From Octopus sinensis (Eukaryota): 64,000 bases of DNA. Every line of letters starts with the position of its first letter. Within the stretch, counting starts at the first letter, position 1. The notes below the pieces were generated by a model that saw only the letters and a program-made list of their open reading frames with translations, made no database searches and was not told the origin of the DNA. Made by a program: the position numbers and the translations under genes. The DNA lies in contig NC_043014.1 in NCBI RefSeq assembly GCF_006345805.1, forward strand, positions 32,550,001 through 32,614,000, in the 5' to 3' direction. Shown here piece after piece: positions 12,918 through 26,414 of this stretch.

Positions 12918-12994
<77 letters not shown>

Positions 12995-13026
12995 TAGATA
13001 GATGGATGGATGGATGGATACATACA

Positions 13027-13059
<33 letters not shown>

Positions 13060-13616
13060 GTGTGTGTATAGAGTAAAGTGTTTTTATTTTTTTCATTTCG
13101 TTCCTGTCGAATTTTATCCCTAATTTTGTGGTTATGGAACCTAGCTGTTCTTTCTAGCGTGTTGAATCCCACAAGTGGATTCCTTATGTGTTTAAATGTA
13201 CACTGTATTTTATGACCAATACATAGTCTTTGGACTAAATTTTTACATATTAGGCCACTGGAGATGGAAATTTTAATTCTTTTTCATTTCCCTTTGATAA
13301 GATTAAGGATATATATATATATATTATTTAATAAACACAATATATATTTTTATGAGCTACTAATAGTTTCATGCAATGAAAACATCCCAGAGAGTATTTT
13401 TTAACATGTCCAGTGCCTTCATGTAGTCCTCAGGTTGGTTTAATCAGCTAATTCCCTCCACTGAAAGTTTGGAGTTAGGTTATAATATATATAAACTTAT
13501 ATACATATCTATGTATGTATCTATGGTACCTTCTCATATGACGATTGCGTGAAGGTACCAGATGTGTTAAAAAAGTTGTCTGAGATGTTTTCTTTGCATA
13601 AAACTAATAATAGCTC

Positions 13617-14034
13617 TCTTTTACTCTTTTACTTTTTTCAGTCATTTGATTGTGGCCATGTTGGAGCACTGCCTTTAGTCGAGCAAATTGACCCCAGGAC
13701 TTATTCTTTATAAGCCTAGTACTTATTCTATCGATCTCTTTTGCCAAACTGCTAAATTACGGGGACGTAAACACTACCAGTATCGGATATTGGGGGGACA
13801 AACACAGACACAGAAACATATACACACACAAATATATACACACACACACATATATATATATAAGCATATATACGACATGCTTCTTTCAGTTTCCGTCTAC
13901 CAAATCCACACACAAGGCTTTGGTCGGCCCGAGGCTATAGTAGAAGACACTTGCCCAAGGTGCCACACAGTGGGACTGAACCCAGAACCATGTGGTTGGT
14001 AAGCAAGCTACTTACCACACAGCGACTCCTATGC
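13617..14034 (-). mobile_element. SINE family A, full length
   Basis: Reverse complement of the family consensus seen at 7555-8064. Confidence 0.9.
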
Positions 14035-14127
14035 CTCATAAAAATATATACAGTGTTTATTGAATAATATTTATCACCCACAAGATGGAGTACTTTTTTT
14101 GTTTATCTTACCATTACGGAACAGTAC

Positions 14128-14171
<44 letters not shown>

Positions 14172-14627
14172 TGTGTGTGTGTGCGCGCGCACGCGTGTGT
14201 GTATACGTGTGTGTAGGTGTGCATATATATCTATATATGTACGCATGCATGTGAACATTTGTATATATGAATGTATGTATATACAAATGTGTCTCCTGGT
14301 TTTGACATCACACATTACATGCAAATAAGTGTTACTCTCATCAAGTGGTTTCCCTTATTTCCAATATTGCATGGAACTTTCTAGCCATAGGGAAAATTTA
14401 CCTTCTTTCGAAACATGAGATTTGGCAACATAAATGAACCTTGTTATACGAAATCTCCTTTGAGAAGTTCCATCTGGTCCAGTGCAAGCATAGAAAAATA
14501 GATGTTAAAATGAGCATGAATGAAAGATATATATACATATATATATATACACACATGCATACACACATATATATGTACATACATGCATACATTCATACAT
14601 ACATCATACATATGTTTATAAATTTAG

Positions 14628-16133
14628 GCGCAGGAGTGGCTGTATGGTAAGTAGCTTGCTTACTAACCACAAGGTTCTAGGTTCAGTCCTACTGTGTGGT
14701 ACCTTGGGCAAGTGTCTTCTACTAAAGCCTCGGACTGACCAAAGCCTTGTAACTGGATCTGGGAGATGGAAACTGAAAGAAGCCTGTAGTATATATATAC
14801 ACACATACAGGGTGTTTCAAAAATTTGATATAATTTCAATATCACATGACTTTAAATTTTAACAGCATGTGTAGAAACAGGTCAAAATTTTATGTTTATT
14901 GTTCGATATGTTTATCTTTTCAGGTATAGAAATGGCATTCACTGGAAGAGAAAAGGCATTTTGTGTGTTGGAGTATGCTTGAACTCAGTCGAACAAACTC
15001 TACAGCATGCATTTGTGATTTCTCTAAAAAGTCACCAACGGCAACACAGATTTAGACATGGCACATAAAATTCAAAGAGGAAGGCTATCTGTACAGGGTA
15101 GAAGGATCTGGACAGCTACTAACATCGAAAGAGATGGTCAAGCGGATTTGCCAAAAACTCTTGCAAAGCCCCAAGATGTCCATAATAAGAACAAGTCTGG
15201 AAACCCAGATTCCTCCAATGACAGTTTGGCACATCCTGAGAAAATGCTTGCTAATGAAACCCTACAAGCTGCAGCTCATTCCGGCCATAATGGCAGATGA
15301 CAAGTGAAAGCACAAACAATTCTGTGTTAATATGCAAGGGAAACTTGAAGAAGCCAAGTTCAAGGAACGTCTTGTTTTCAGTGATGAGGCCATATTTCAT
15401 ACAAAGGACAAAGTCAATAAGTATAATGTTCACATTTGAGGCGAAGAAAATCCCCATGCCCCAGTTGAAAACAAGAGGGACTCACCAAAAGGGAAAGTGT
15501 TCTGTACCATCTCCAAGAAGCATCTTCTTGGCCTGTTTTTCTTTGAGGGAAATGTGACCTGTAATGTTTATCTGCAAATGCTTCAGAACTGGCTAATGGA
15601 TGAACTCATTGCAAATGAACATGAAGACTTCATTTTTCAACAAAACAGGGTTCCACCTCACTGGAAGCTCATTGTGTGGGTTTATCTCAATGACAGTCTG
15701 TGAGGGACATGGATCGGGCATGTTGGTGATGAAGACAATGTGCTGTTGAAATGGCCACCTGACTTGACAACTTGCGATATTTTTTCTCTGGAGCTATGTG
15801 AAGGGCCTGGTCTATGTCTCTCCTCTTCTTGTAAACCTAGAGGAACTCAAGCAAAGAATCACTACCACACTGGAGACTGTTACCCAAGACATACTGCAGC
15901 ATGTTTGAGAGGAGCTGGACTACCGACATGACATGTGCCGTGTTTCAGGCGGTGCGCATGTTGAACATTTGTGAAATCGTTCATAGAATCCACATTTTTT
16001 TTAATTTCTCATTCCAATTTGGAGGAGTAATTCTTATGTTGCTCAACATTAAGCCTGCTTAGGTGCACTCGCTTTGACTATGTAGTTTCTGTGATATTTA
16101 CATCTCAAAGGATATCAAACTTTTTTGAATACC

Positions 16134-16188
<55 letters not shown>

Positions 16189-16410
16189 GTATGGATGTAT
16201 GTGTGTTATATGTTTGTGTGTCTGTGTTTGTCCCCCCAACATCACTTGACAACCGATTCTGGTGTGCTTACATCCCTATAGCTTTATCGGTTTAGCAAAA
16301 GAGACTGATAGAATAAGTACGAGGCTTACAAAGAATAAGTCCTGTGGTCAATTTATTGGGCTAAAGGTGTGCTCCAGCATGGCTACAGTCAAATGACTGA
16401 AACAAGAAAA
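14628..16410 (+). mobile_element. SINE family A split by a DNA transposon (5' half 14628-14790, 3' half 16195-16410)
   Basis: The two halves are contiguous in the consensus; the insertion sits in the internal (TA)n. Confidence 0.85.
14808..16136 (+). mobile_element. Full-length Tc1/mariner DNA transposon, DD41D-like (1329 bp); decayed transposase 14932-15974
   Basis: TA TSDs (14806-07, 16137-38). TIRs cagggtgtttcaaaaatttgatat / atatcaaacttttttgaataccctg. Translation MAFTGREKAFCVLEYA...LVFSDEAIFH...FIFQQN...WPP[RSP]DLTTCD...GGAHVEHL* with several stops and frameshifts. Confidence 0.92.
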
Positions 16411-16720
16411 AGAATAAAAGAATAAAAAATATCATAATTGTTTCTGTAGGCATAAGTACAGAAATTTTCTGTGAAAGGGATTTGCTGATTAAGTCAGCTG
16501 CAGTACTCAATTGGTACCTATTTTATTGACTCCAAAAGAATGAAAGACAAAGCTGACTTCAACAGAATTTGAACAGAATGTAAAGCCAGGAGGAATGAGG
16601 CAATGCACTTTGTCCAGCCTGCTAAGGATTCTGCCAGTTAGTCACTTTCCATATGTATGATATAGTATCATATAATATCATATATTTGTATATTATATAT
16701 AATAATGTAATAACATTATT

Positions 16721-16754
<34 letters not shown>

Positions 16755-16917
16755 CTGGAACTTGACTCAAGAAAGAAAACTCCGAATGACCCGTCCTTGT
16801 TTTTTCTTGTCCCTTTTTGTATCATCTAACTGTCTGGATGTTTTGTCGCCTGTTGCGTTCTTGTTCCATTTTTGTATTCTTTTATATGTGTGTGTGTGTG
16901 TGTGTCTGTGTGTGTGT

Positions 16918-17160
16918 AGAGGCGCATGGCTTAGTGGTTAGGGTGTTTGACTCATGATCATAAGAGTGTGGTTTCGATTCCTGGACCAGGTGATGCGTTG
17001 TGTTCTTGAGTAAAACACTTCATTTCATGTTGTTCCAGGCCACTCAGATAGCAAAAATGAGTAATCCTGCATCAGACTAGTGTCCCATCCAGGTGGGGGA
17101 ATTTATATGTCACTGAACCCGGGAAACTGGCCCTTATGAGCCTGGCATGGCTCCAGAAAG
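16918..17160 (+). mobile_element. tRNA-derived SINE family D (conserved-core type)
   Basis: ggcgcatggcttagtggttagggtg...gtgttcttgagtaaaacacttcatttc; related copies ~20158-20350, 39195-39545(-), 44560-44890(-), 56930-57620. Confidence 0.75.
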
Positions 17161-17255
17161 AAACACACACACACTTACATATATATTCTTTTACTCTTTT
17201 ACTTGTTTCAGTCATTTAACTCCAGCCATACTGGAGCACTGCCTTATACACACAT

Positions 17256-17337
<82 letters not shown>

Positions 17338-17597
17338 GTGTATATGCGTGTGTGTGAGTGTGTGTGGGTGGGTGTTTGTGTGTGTACTTATAAACACACA
17401 CTCACCCACACACAACCATAGACATACACTATTTGAACAAACATTATATATTTGGCTAAAACTTCTCATCTACATATCATGTTGACAGTAACGATTTGTC
17501 GGTTAATTTAAGATTGAATTTCGCGACAAGCTTAATTGCTTTTTTCATTATTGCATGTAAATTGGAAATTTGACTAAGCTTGTATCATGTTACCCCT

Positions 17598-17634
<37 letters not shown>

Positions 17635-18322
17635 GTCATGGAATACACACTGCATTGTCAAAATGTAGAACACTCACATACACATATATACACATACATA
17701 CTCACACACACACACACACACGCACAACGCATACACACTCATACACTCATACATACACACACATTCTGGTTAGCTGATCTCTTACCTTGGTGTTGTTGTT
17801 GTTGGTGATGGTGGTAGCAGTAAGAGGCAGCAGGAGTAGTAGTTGCAGTTGTTGGATCTAATCTTATGTAAGTGTTGTCCTTGTTGTTGTTGCTGTTGCT
17901 GTTGTTGTGGCTGTTGCTATTATTGTTCTTACTGTTGCTCTTGGTGGTGGCGGTGGTGTTAATCATGGTGTTATTGTTCTTGTTTTTTCTTTGAAATGGA
18001 TGAGTTGAGTGAGGAAGAAATGAGATGTGTTGAATTTCCTCATTTATTATTCTTTTTAATATATCTATGTATGTGTGTGTGTGTCTTTATGTGTGTGTAC
18101 ACGTGGGTGTGTTTGCATGCTTGTATGTGCATATTTATCATAGCTGTTGTCAACATCATCATCACCACTACCACACACCACCATCATAATCATCGTTGTC
18201 GTCATCATCATCATTACCATCATTGTCCATTCAACTTGTTTACTATTTCCATGGTGCATTTAGCTTCTTGAGTCCATTAATTCTTTGCTTGTCTATCCCT
18301 ACAGTGGCCACTTCTGCTAATT

Positions 18323-19877
18323 ATATAAACATGTCTAAACCAACGTTGGTCACTTATGTTAAACACATGACATGTCTACCTACTGGTTCATATCTGTCTC
18401 ACGTCTTCACTAAAATTAGTCGCCTCCACCAAACACACTGCATGTCTACACTCTCTGCTAACCATATCATACTTCTAAGCCAGCACTGGTTATATCTGTT
18501 AAACACATCACTTGTCTACTCTAAAACTTGGGGACAGAATGCAAATCCTTAATTCATATGCTACAAATGATCACTATATCAGGGACTTTAAAAATCAGCA
18601 AGACCTTCTTAAGATTTAAAGGATAATGGTTAAAACAAGATATTTTCCTTCACAACCTTGCTACCTAATCAAAATTATTCTAAACTAAACAGAAAAGAGA
18701 ATAAAATATTGGGTTGTCTGAAAAGTTTGTGCCGATTTTTAAAGGAAAGAAAAAGGTCAATAAATACTTGCCTTTACATTTTTAGTCAACCGAATATGAA
18801 CCATTTTGTTGTACAATGCGTCTCCATCTTTCCTTTGACATGAAAGTACCCTCTTCCCAAAATTGAGGTGGTTTCATGGCAAAGAATTCATTGAGGTATC
18901 TTTTTACGTCATCCAAGGAATTGAAATTTTTACCATTAAGACTATTCTGCAGAGACCTAAATAAGTGAAAATCTAAAGGAGCAATATCTGGTGAATATGG
19001 AGGGTGGGGTAACACATCCCAACCGAACTGCAGCAATTTTTGTCTGGTTCTCAAAGCATCAAGTGCCAAAAATGACCTTTCTTATCTTCCATTTTAAAGG
19101 GTTACAGAATTAACACAGGTTATAGGAACATAAACCTTCTTCCACAAAAAGATAGCTTAAACTGTGCTCCAAATGGAGGTGTATTCAAATCCTATTTTAT
19201 GGACTCAACCATGTTCTAAAATAAGTCAAAACGTAAGCTGCTATAAATCAGCATGAACTTTCCAGACAACTCAATACATACATACATACATACATACACA
19301 TACACATAAATAGATAGATACATACATACATACATACATACATACATACATACATGCATACATACATACATACATACATACATACATACATACATACATA
19401 CATACATACATACATACATACATACATGTACATTTGCATCTTTGTTTAAAAATACAACTGGAAAGTCTGCAAACCAATTTGACAATGATGTCATTATCTC
19501 ATTGGCATAGGAAGGAACAGAGGGTGGTACTATAGCTGAAAAACCTTTAAATATATTTCTTAGTCCTTTCTACATTAAAAGAGAATTAACAGGCATCACT
19601 CTTTTGCATTATTGAACACTTATTTAAATAGATATTAGGAACTAAGAGTACTTTAAGGTCTGAAAAGCTGAGCATCTAGAGTAGACATGTGATGTGTTTA
19701 ACAGATATAACCAGTGCTGGCTTAGAAGTATGATATGGTTAGCAGAGAGTGTACACATGCAATGTGTTTGGTGGAGGCCTCTAATTCTAGTGAAGACATG
19801 TGACAGATATGAACCATTAGGTAGATATGTCATGTGTTTAACATAAGTGACCAGTGTTGGTTTAGTCATGTTTATAT
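18323..19877. repeat. 201-bp inverted repeat pair (18323-18523 / 19677-19877)
   Basis: The arms give near-identical ORF-track peptides on opposite strands (SKPTLVTYVKHMT.../TKPTLVTYVKHMT...); roughly 90% identity by eye. Confidence 0.9.
18709..19274 (-). mobile_element. Internally deleted mariner (DD34D), 566 bp
   Basis: TA TSDs; TIRs ttgggttgtctgaaaagtttgtgccgattt / aaatcagcatgaactttccagacaactcaa; N-terminal MEDKKGHF fused to C-terminal HPPYSPDIAPLDFHLF...WRRIVQQNG. Confidence 0.9.
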
Positions 19878-20416
19878 TCTAAGAAGCTGAGAATTCTATA
19901 AACCACCCATCTTCATAAGCTGGAGAATGCAAGAACACTGCACCCTTTGTGTACTCTGCATTCACTCAATATTTGCTTCACTGTTCTGAATGAATTCACT
20001 AATTAGTGGGTGAATATGTGAGTTAACATTGGCCAGAGAACCACTAAATTTTTAATGAAATATATGGCTTATCAGTGTTGCTTATAGTGATATTTCCAGG
20101 GTAGTAGTCATCACTTGGCTGATTATACAAAGCAGGTTTAATCCTCTGTAACCCCATGTAGCCCAGTGGTTAGGGTGTTGCACTCATGATTTGCAAGATT
20201 GTGGTTTTGACTCCCACGCCAGGTAGTGTGTTGTGTTCTTGACCAAAACACTTCATTTCACATTGCTCTACAATAATTTCAACATTTGGTGTACAGCACA
20301 CTTGTGTATCTGTACAGGCAATATCAATTTGATGGAGGAAGTGAGCTTATGTGAACACAAAGATTACATCAGATACATGCGCATATGCTTATGTGTGTAT
20401 GCATCTATATTTTGGT

Positions 20417-20781
20417 GCAGGAGTGGCTGTGTGGTTCCAGGTTCATTCCCACTGCATGGCACCTTGGGCAAGTGTCTTCTACTATAGCCTCGGGCCGACC
20501 AAATCCTTGTGAGTGGATTTGGTAGACAGAAACTGAAAGAAGCCTGTCGTATATATGTATGTATATGTGTGTGTGTTTGTGTGTCTGTATTTGCCTTCCC
20601 AACATCGCTTGATAACCGATGGTGTGTTTATGTCCCCGTAACTTAGGGGTCGGCAAAAGCAACCGATAGTATAAGTACCAGGCTTACAAAGAATAAGTCC
20701 TGGGATCGATATCCTTGACTAAATGTGGTGCTCCAGCATGGCCGCAGTCAAATGACTGGAACAAGTAAAAGAGTAAAAGAG
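20417..20781 (+). mobile_element. SINE family A
   Basis: Matches family consensus with a small 5' deletion. Confidence 0.85.
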
Positions 20782-21124
20782 TCATTAATAAGTATTTTCA
20801 TTTCATTTGGGAAGTTTGTTTTTGCTATTTTCTCCACAGAAGTTAGATAACACTCATAAATTTTACATGCCTTTGTAGAGTAATGAGTTGAATGGGGTAA
20901 TATTCAGTTTGAACTTCAGTAGATTGATAATTATGAGTGAAATATAACCAGAAATGAGAGAGAGATGTTTCTAGAATGGCATTTATGGAATAATTTAACA
21001 AATAAAACTTTTCTTGGCAGCACATACAGATAACTTATTTCAATTGTTTCAAACGATGGCACAAGGCCAGAAATATATTTTGGATAGGTTTGTAGTTGAT
21101 TACATTGACCCCAATACTTGACTG

Positions 21125-21155
<31 letters not shown>

Positions 21156-21932
21156 TCTTTCTCTCTCTGTCTGTTCCCAATGCATTCTCAAGTGGTTCAA
21201 CCAAATCAAATCAAATTTTACAAGGTAATAGTATCAGACCCCATGAGTGACAGCATGCAATTTTCTTTTCATTTGGATTAAAACAATATAATATTGACAC
21301 TGGTTTGGTATTATGTGTCAAAAGTGAAAGAATAAGATTTATATTGTAATGTGATATAATATTGTGTGACTTTTATCCTTTCACTTTTAATTCATGGTGT
21401 CAGCATCTTTTGCTTATTTGACTGAGTGCTTTCAATTATGTCAATTCCTCTTTGTATTATAAAATCCTTGGCAATATTTTCTTTGAATCACTCAAGGCCA
21501 CAAGCTGGCAGAATTGTTAGCATGCTAGATAAAATTCGTAGCAGCCATTTCATCCATCTTGTTATTCCAAGTTCAAATTCCACCAAGGTTGATTTTTGCC
21601 TTTCATCCTTTCAGGGTCAATAAAAAAAATGTACTAGTTGAGCACTGGGATTGATGAAATCAACTTAACTTCTCTGCTGAAATTGCTGGGCTTATACCAA
21701 AATTTTAAACTAATATTTCTTTTGACCCCACACCCATTTTCATACCTGGATTTTGAAGTTATTGACTAATTACTTGTCCACTGATCAGGACTGTCTTAGC
21801 AACATTATAGGTAAATCAATGCATCAGGTTCTATAATATCTATATTTATCGACAGCTAGCCACAACATATATAGATTAGAATTGGAGCCACTGGACCTGT
21901 GATACCCCCAGACAACTGTGCCCATGCCTTAA

Positions 21933-22157
21933 CCCTTTTGTTACTAACCCGGCTGAAACTGGTTCTGGCTCTGTAGTATAAATGTCTTGCTTTCATAACT
22001 TTTGAATTAAAATCTCCCACCAAACCTTGGTCAGAATTAATGCTCCTAACACTACCTGAATGATAATTAAGTTATTTTACTAAATTTTTTTATTATATTT
22101 AAAGTAATTGAAAAAAAAAACACAGAGCATCTCAAAATAAATACAGTAATGAAAGGG
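21933..22157. mobile_element. piggyBac-like MITE (225 bp)
   Basis: TTAA TSD both sides (21929-32, 22158-61); TIR cccttttgttact / agtaatgaaaggg. Confidence 0.8.
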
Positions 22158-23299
22158 TTAAGAAAGCATTGTTAATGATTAACTCATGAACATGACAATT
22201 GATCATTACTATTGATTAATTCAATCCCTTTGAAGAATTTGATTAATTCGATCCCTTTGAAGAATTTGATTTATTCATTTCCCCCTTCTTTTTCATTTAC
22301 AACAGTATAACTGGAAATCTAAAGTGTTTTGTCAAATACCAGGGTTGTCAATTTATATTAATTTTTCATTAATTTTTAAATTTGTAATAGCTTAAGTCTG
22401 ACTTAAACTATTACAAGTAAAAATAGAGAAATAAAAATAATATTTAGGTGATAGTTTGAATATTAGAGCTTGAGTAGAAAACCATGATACAAAATTGAAA
22501 ATTTACTATTTAACAAAGGTTCTTAAAATAAAAAATATTTAAAGAAAAGTTGTAAGTGTCATAAAGATTATGCCAGTTTTAAGAATGAGGTAATGTGAGG
22601 ATTATAAATGCTTACAACCACAGACCAGATGAAAGTTATAAAAAAATACAAAAATATAAATGTACCAGAATATGAGGGTTAGGGTAACATAAAATATAAA
22701 ACTACAAAAAAATAAAGCTGCAAGATCATGGGAAATTGTAAACAGCTGTTAGATCCATATTCAAAGCATGAGGAATAAGATTACAACATATGGGGGATAA
22801 ATGATAAAAGTGATTAGTATGACAGGAAAATTAAATTGAGAACCAAGGAGTTGATCATTCATGGATTTGAACTGCTTTGAAATCATACACCAATATCAGT
22901 ATTAATTTAATTATACAAGACATGTCAAGTAAAAGCGAGGTTGTTTTTGCATACAGGCTTACCCTTTACAACCCTCTCCAGCTGAGCATCCCTAATCTTG
23001 TGGATTCATAAGTGTGGATTCATAAGTGTTGATGCCATGTAAAAAGCACCCATACCAGTGCTGCGTAAAAGCACCCTCTACACCCTCTAAAGTGGTTACC
23101 ATTAAGAAGGACATCCAGCCATAGAAACTATGCCAAAACAGATATGGAGCCTGAACAGCCCTTCAGCTGGTCAGCTCCTGTTAAACCGTCCAGCCCATTC
23201 CAGCATGGAAAACAGACGTTACACGATGATGGTGATGGATTAATTCAAAGGAGTATGGGTACTGCAGATATGAAATATTTAAAAACTTTTAAAATTCAC

Positions 23300-23808
23300 A
23301 ATAAAATATTTTGAATATAATTTATCAAATTTTAGGTACATTTTATTTGGTTGACAGTTATTAGGGATCAAATCACATTTATTTGTAGATGATTGTTATG
23401 TGGACAGAGGAAACAAACGTGGGTGCAAAGAAACATATGATGATGAATATAACTCTCCAGAGATAAGTGAAGGCAAAACACTCAGTTAATGTAATCTTAT
23501 CAAAAGTCCTGTTTGTGTATCGAATTAATAGGTCATTGCATATATCTATTGGACTATATTTACACATGAGAATATTTAATACTTCTGTTGGGCATAGATT
23601 GCATTACCTTCTAGCCCCATGTAGGAAAAAATGTTCAAATCACAAACCAAGAAATTTTATAACTGGTTTTCTTCATTTTTAAACACCACATCGATGCAGC
23701 CACTTAGATAATCTTCTGCTTATCGAAGTTGTTGAATGAGTGGGAGGAGGAAAACCCCCTCCCATGCTCTACTCTCCTTAACTGAAAGCTTCAAAATATA
23801 CCCACCTT
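23300..23808 (+). repeat. ~508-bp segment duplicated at 27941-28448
   Basis: Near-identical direct copy; differences mostly single-base indels. Confidence 0.95.
23389..23489 (+). CDS. Candidate phase-1 exon of unknown gene (DDCYVDRGNKRGCKETYDDEYNSPEI[SEGKTLS*])
   Basis: Acceptor tttatttgtag|; open frame to TAA 23487-89 or weak donor gtgaag after 23466; no recognisable homology. Confidence 0.3.
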
Positions 23809-24220
23809 AAACTTCTTAAATATCAGCGTTCTGATTTGAAATTTCACTTATTGATAATTCAACAAATCATTGTTCCCTAGTTGACAAGATAGCCTGATGT
23901 GTTTGGGCATTATGTAATATATTGTATAAGCTAACTAATTGTTATTCTTATGTCAAAACAAAACCCCCAAATGAAACAACTGTAGCAACACTTGAAAATT
24001 TATTCATCTGTTATTATAATTCTTTTATACCACACTTAAAGTTCCATTCTTCATTAGATACTTTAGAATACTATAGGAACTGTGGATTATCTAATAGGAT
24101 AATGAATTACTTCCTATCTGCCATGCATGATTCTGTCTAGACAATTTATGGCATGCTTCATTGTAATATGCTTTAATAATATCAATGATGATGATGATGA
24201 TGATGATGATAAAAATAATA

Positions 24221-24960
24221 GTAATTTGCAAAGACTTGGACCTGCCTCATAACAAAAACTGGCTGGAACACAAGCCATCACCAGTGCTTGAAAATGACCA
24301 CATCTCACTTCTTTGAAACTTCGCCATTCAAACTGACAGAAAGATAGATGCTAATAAGCCAGATATTATATTGAAAGGCTTTGAGACAAAAATCATGCTT
24401 CCTTATCGAAATGACTGTCCCAATCGACATAAATGTATCTGTCAACACCTACCAAAAACTGAGCAAGATCTTGAAATAGAAATTGGCAAAATGTGGCACC
24501 TCAAGACTAAAACAATGTCTGTTGTCATAGGTGCCCTAGGAATGATAGCAAAAGGGGCTGAGCGCTACCTAGCTCAGATACCAGGAAATCCAAAAATGGA
24601 AGAAATTCAAAAAAGTGCTCATGGAAACTGTTCATATCTTATGTAAAATATTGTTTATGTAATCCCCAAAATATTTTAATCAGTAAACAGTGTCAAAATA
24701 CTTTTAAATGTACATAACAACAAACACCTTTTACTGTCATCTCAACATCACACTATCATCTTATAATCAAATTACTTTTAAAACAAACTTCTAATCTACT
24801 TATGTTTTGACAGACGTTCTCTAGAACAATATTCTGTGCAAAACCAAATATATGGCACCCTAATCATAGCACCAACTTGAACTTCTAACTTGCTGTCTCT
24901 TGAGGTCTCTGGAGGCGACTTGGTTTCAACTTGTACAAATAAAAAGCAAAAGCCAAACAT
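24221..24960 (+). mobile_element. R4/Dong-clade non-LTR retrotransposon 3' fragment (restriction-like endonuclease)
   Basis: ANKPDIIL...FLIEMTVP...VVIGALGMI (PD-(D/E)xK-type), frameshifted; 3' end abuts (TAA)n. Confidence 0.85.
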
Positions 24961-25021
24961 ATAATAATAATAATAATAATAACAATAACAATAATAATAA
25001 TAATAATTATTATTATTATTA

Positions 25022-25065
<44 letters not shown>

Positions 25066-25197
25066 TACATACATATACACATATATACATATACATATAC
25101 ATATACATATATATATACACACATACATACATATATATATATATATATTATATATATATATTTACACACATATATATACATATATACATATATATGT

Positions 25198-25241
<44 letters not shown>

Positions 25242-25384
25242 ATTTGAATGTATGTATATATGCATGTTTGTATGTATGTTTGCATATGTGCAGATTTATA
25301 CGTTTTGTTTTATATATGCATTCTCATGCATATAGTTACATGTCAAGTCATGCTTGTATATACTTGAATAATAAACTTCTGAAA

Positions 25385-25708
25385 AGTTTTACAGATTTTT
25401 ACAGTTTCAATGATTGCTTGGATCTGTAGTCTTCAAATCAGCTTCCTTGTTTCTGGTTTTGAGAAGCCTAGTTTCTCAAGATTGGTATTTAGGCAGTGTG
25501 TTACATATTCCATTGCCCCAATTATTACAGGTAATAAACCCAATCTTGTAGTCCAGGTAGAGTAACACTAGATTTCTTTTTCGCTCATCTTTAGCTTTAT
25601 GTTAACCTCTGCTGTGAACCTGATTTCCACAACTGTACACAGTTTCTCTTCTCTATGCAAAATCACTATGTCAGGTCTATTATGTTTACATTGTACTGAG
25701 ATTTTCAC
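25385..25708 (-). mobile_element. R4/Dong-clade 3' fragment
   Basis: Minus strand CKHNRPDIVILHREEKLCTVVEI...PVIIGAMEYV. Confidence 0.8.
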
Positions 25709-26183
25709 TGGGTATGTATGTATGTATGCATGTTCATTCCAAGTAGAAGGTCAGAGGTTATGTAGCTTTTTTCTGAATATACTTCTACACACATTGCCAT
25801 AGAGATTGGGAAAGATTTCTGATTGGAAAAATAATTCATTCAGAAAAATTATATGAACTAGTTCATTATTTTGAAGGAGGAAAATGTTTCCTAAGAAATT
25901 AAAAAAAAAAAAAATGAGAATAAAATTGTAGTTTAGATTTTCTATTTGTTTATTTTGTTGCATGTTTTTATGAGGCTCAACTTCAACATGAATGGCTTGT
26001 AAGCAACTTATACATATACAAGGGAATTATATTCCCCAACCAACCCAATATTGCCAGCATCTTTTCAAAATGATTTGTTTGTTCAAAGTACAACGAATTT
26101 ATGTGATTGTATTTGGAATTTAATAAACCTAGGAAAAGCCAGGAAAGGCATATAGTACTTACACCCACCCACCAACACATATA

Positions 26184-26224
<41 letters not shown>

Positions 26225-26414
26225 ATATACATAAAAACATAATACTGTATTGCATAAACATTAATACACCCTCTGTATTGATAAATGAACAAATGCCTGT
26301 ATTTTCTGACCTACAGATGCTCAGATAACTATACACACACTCACAAAAACACACACACACATATATATATTTATATAAATGTACATATGTATGTGTGTGT
26401 GTATATATATATTC

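Noticed and set aside
14402-14473. Minus-strand exon DGTSQRRFRITRFIYVAKSHVSKE with good splice sites
   Set aside because: The plus strand resembles a decayed retroposon tail (…tgcaagcatRgaaaaRtRgaYgttaaa), so the open frame is probably chance
17783-17990. Q/N-rich minus-strand exon ending at a GTAAGA donor
   Set aside because: Low-complexity (CAA)n tract with no credible acceptor
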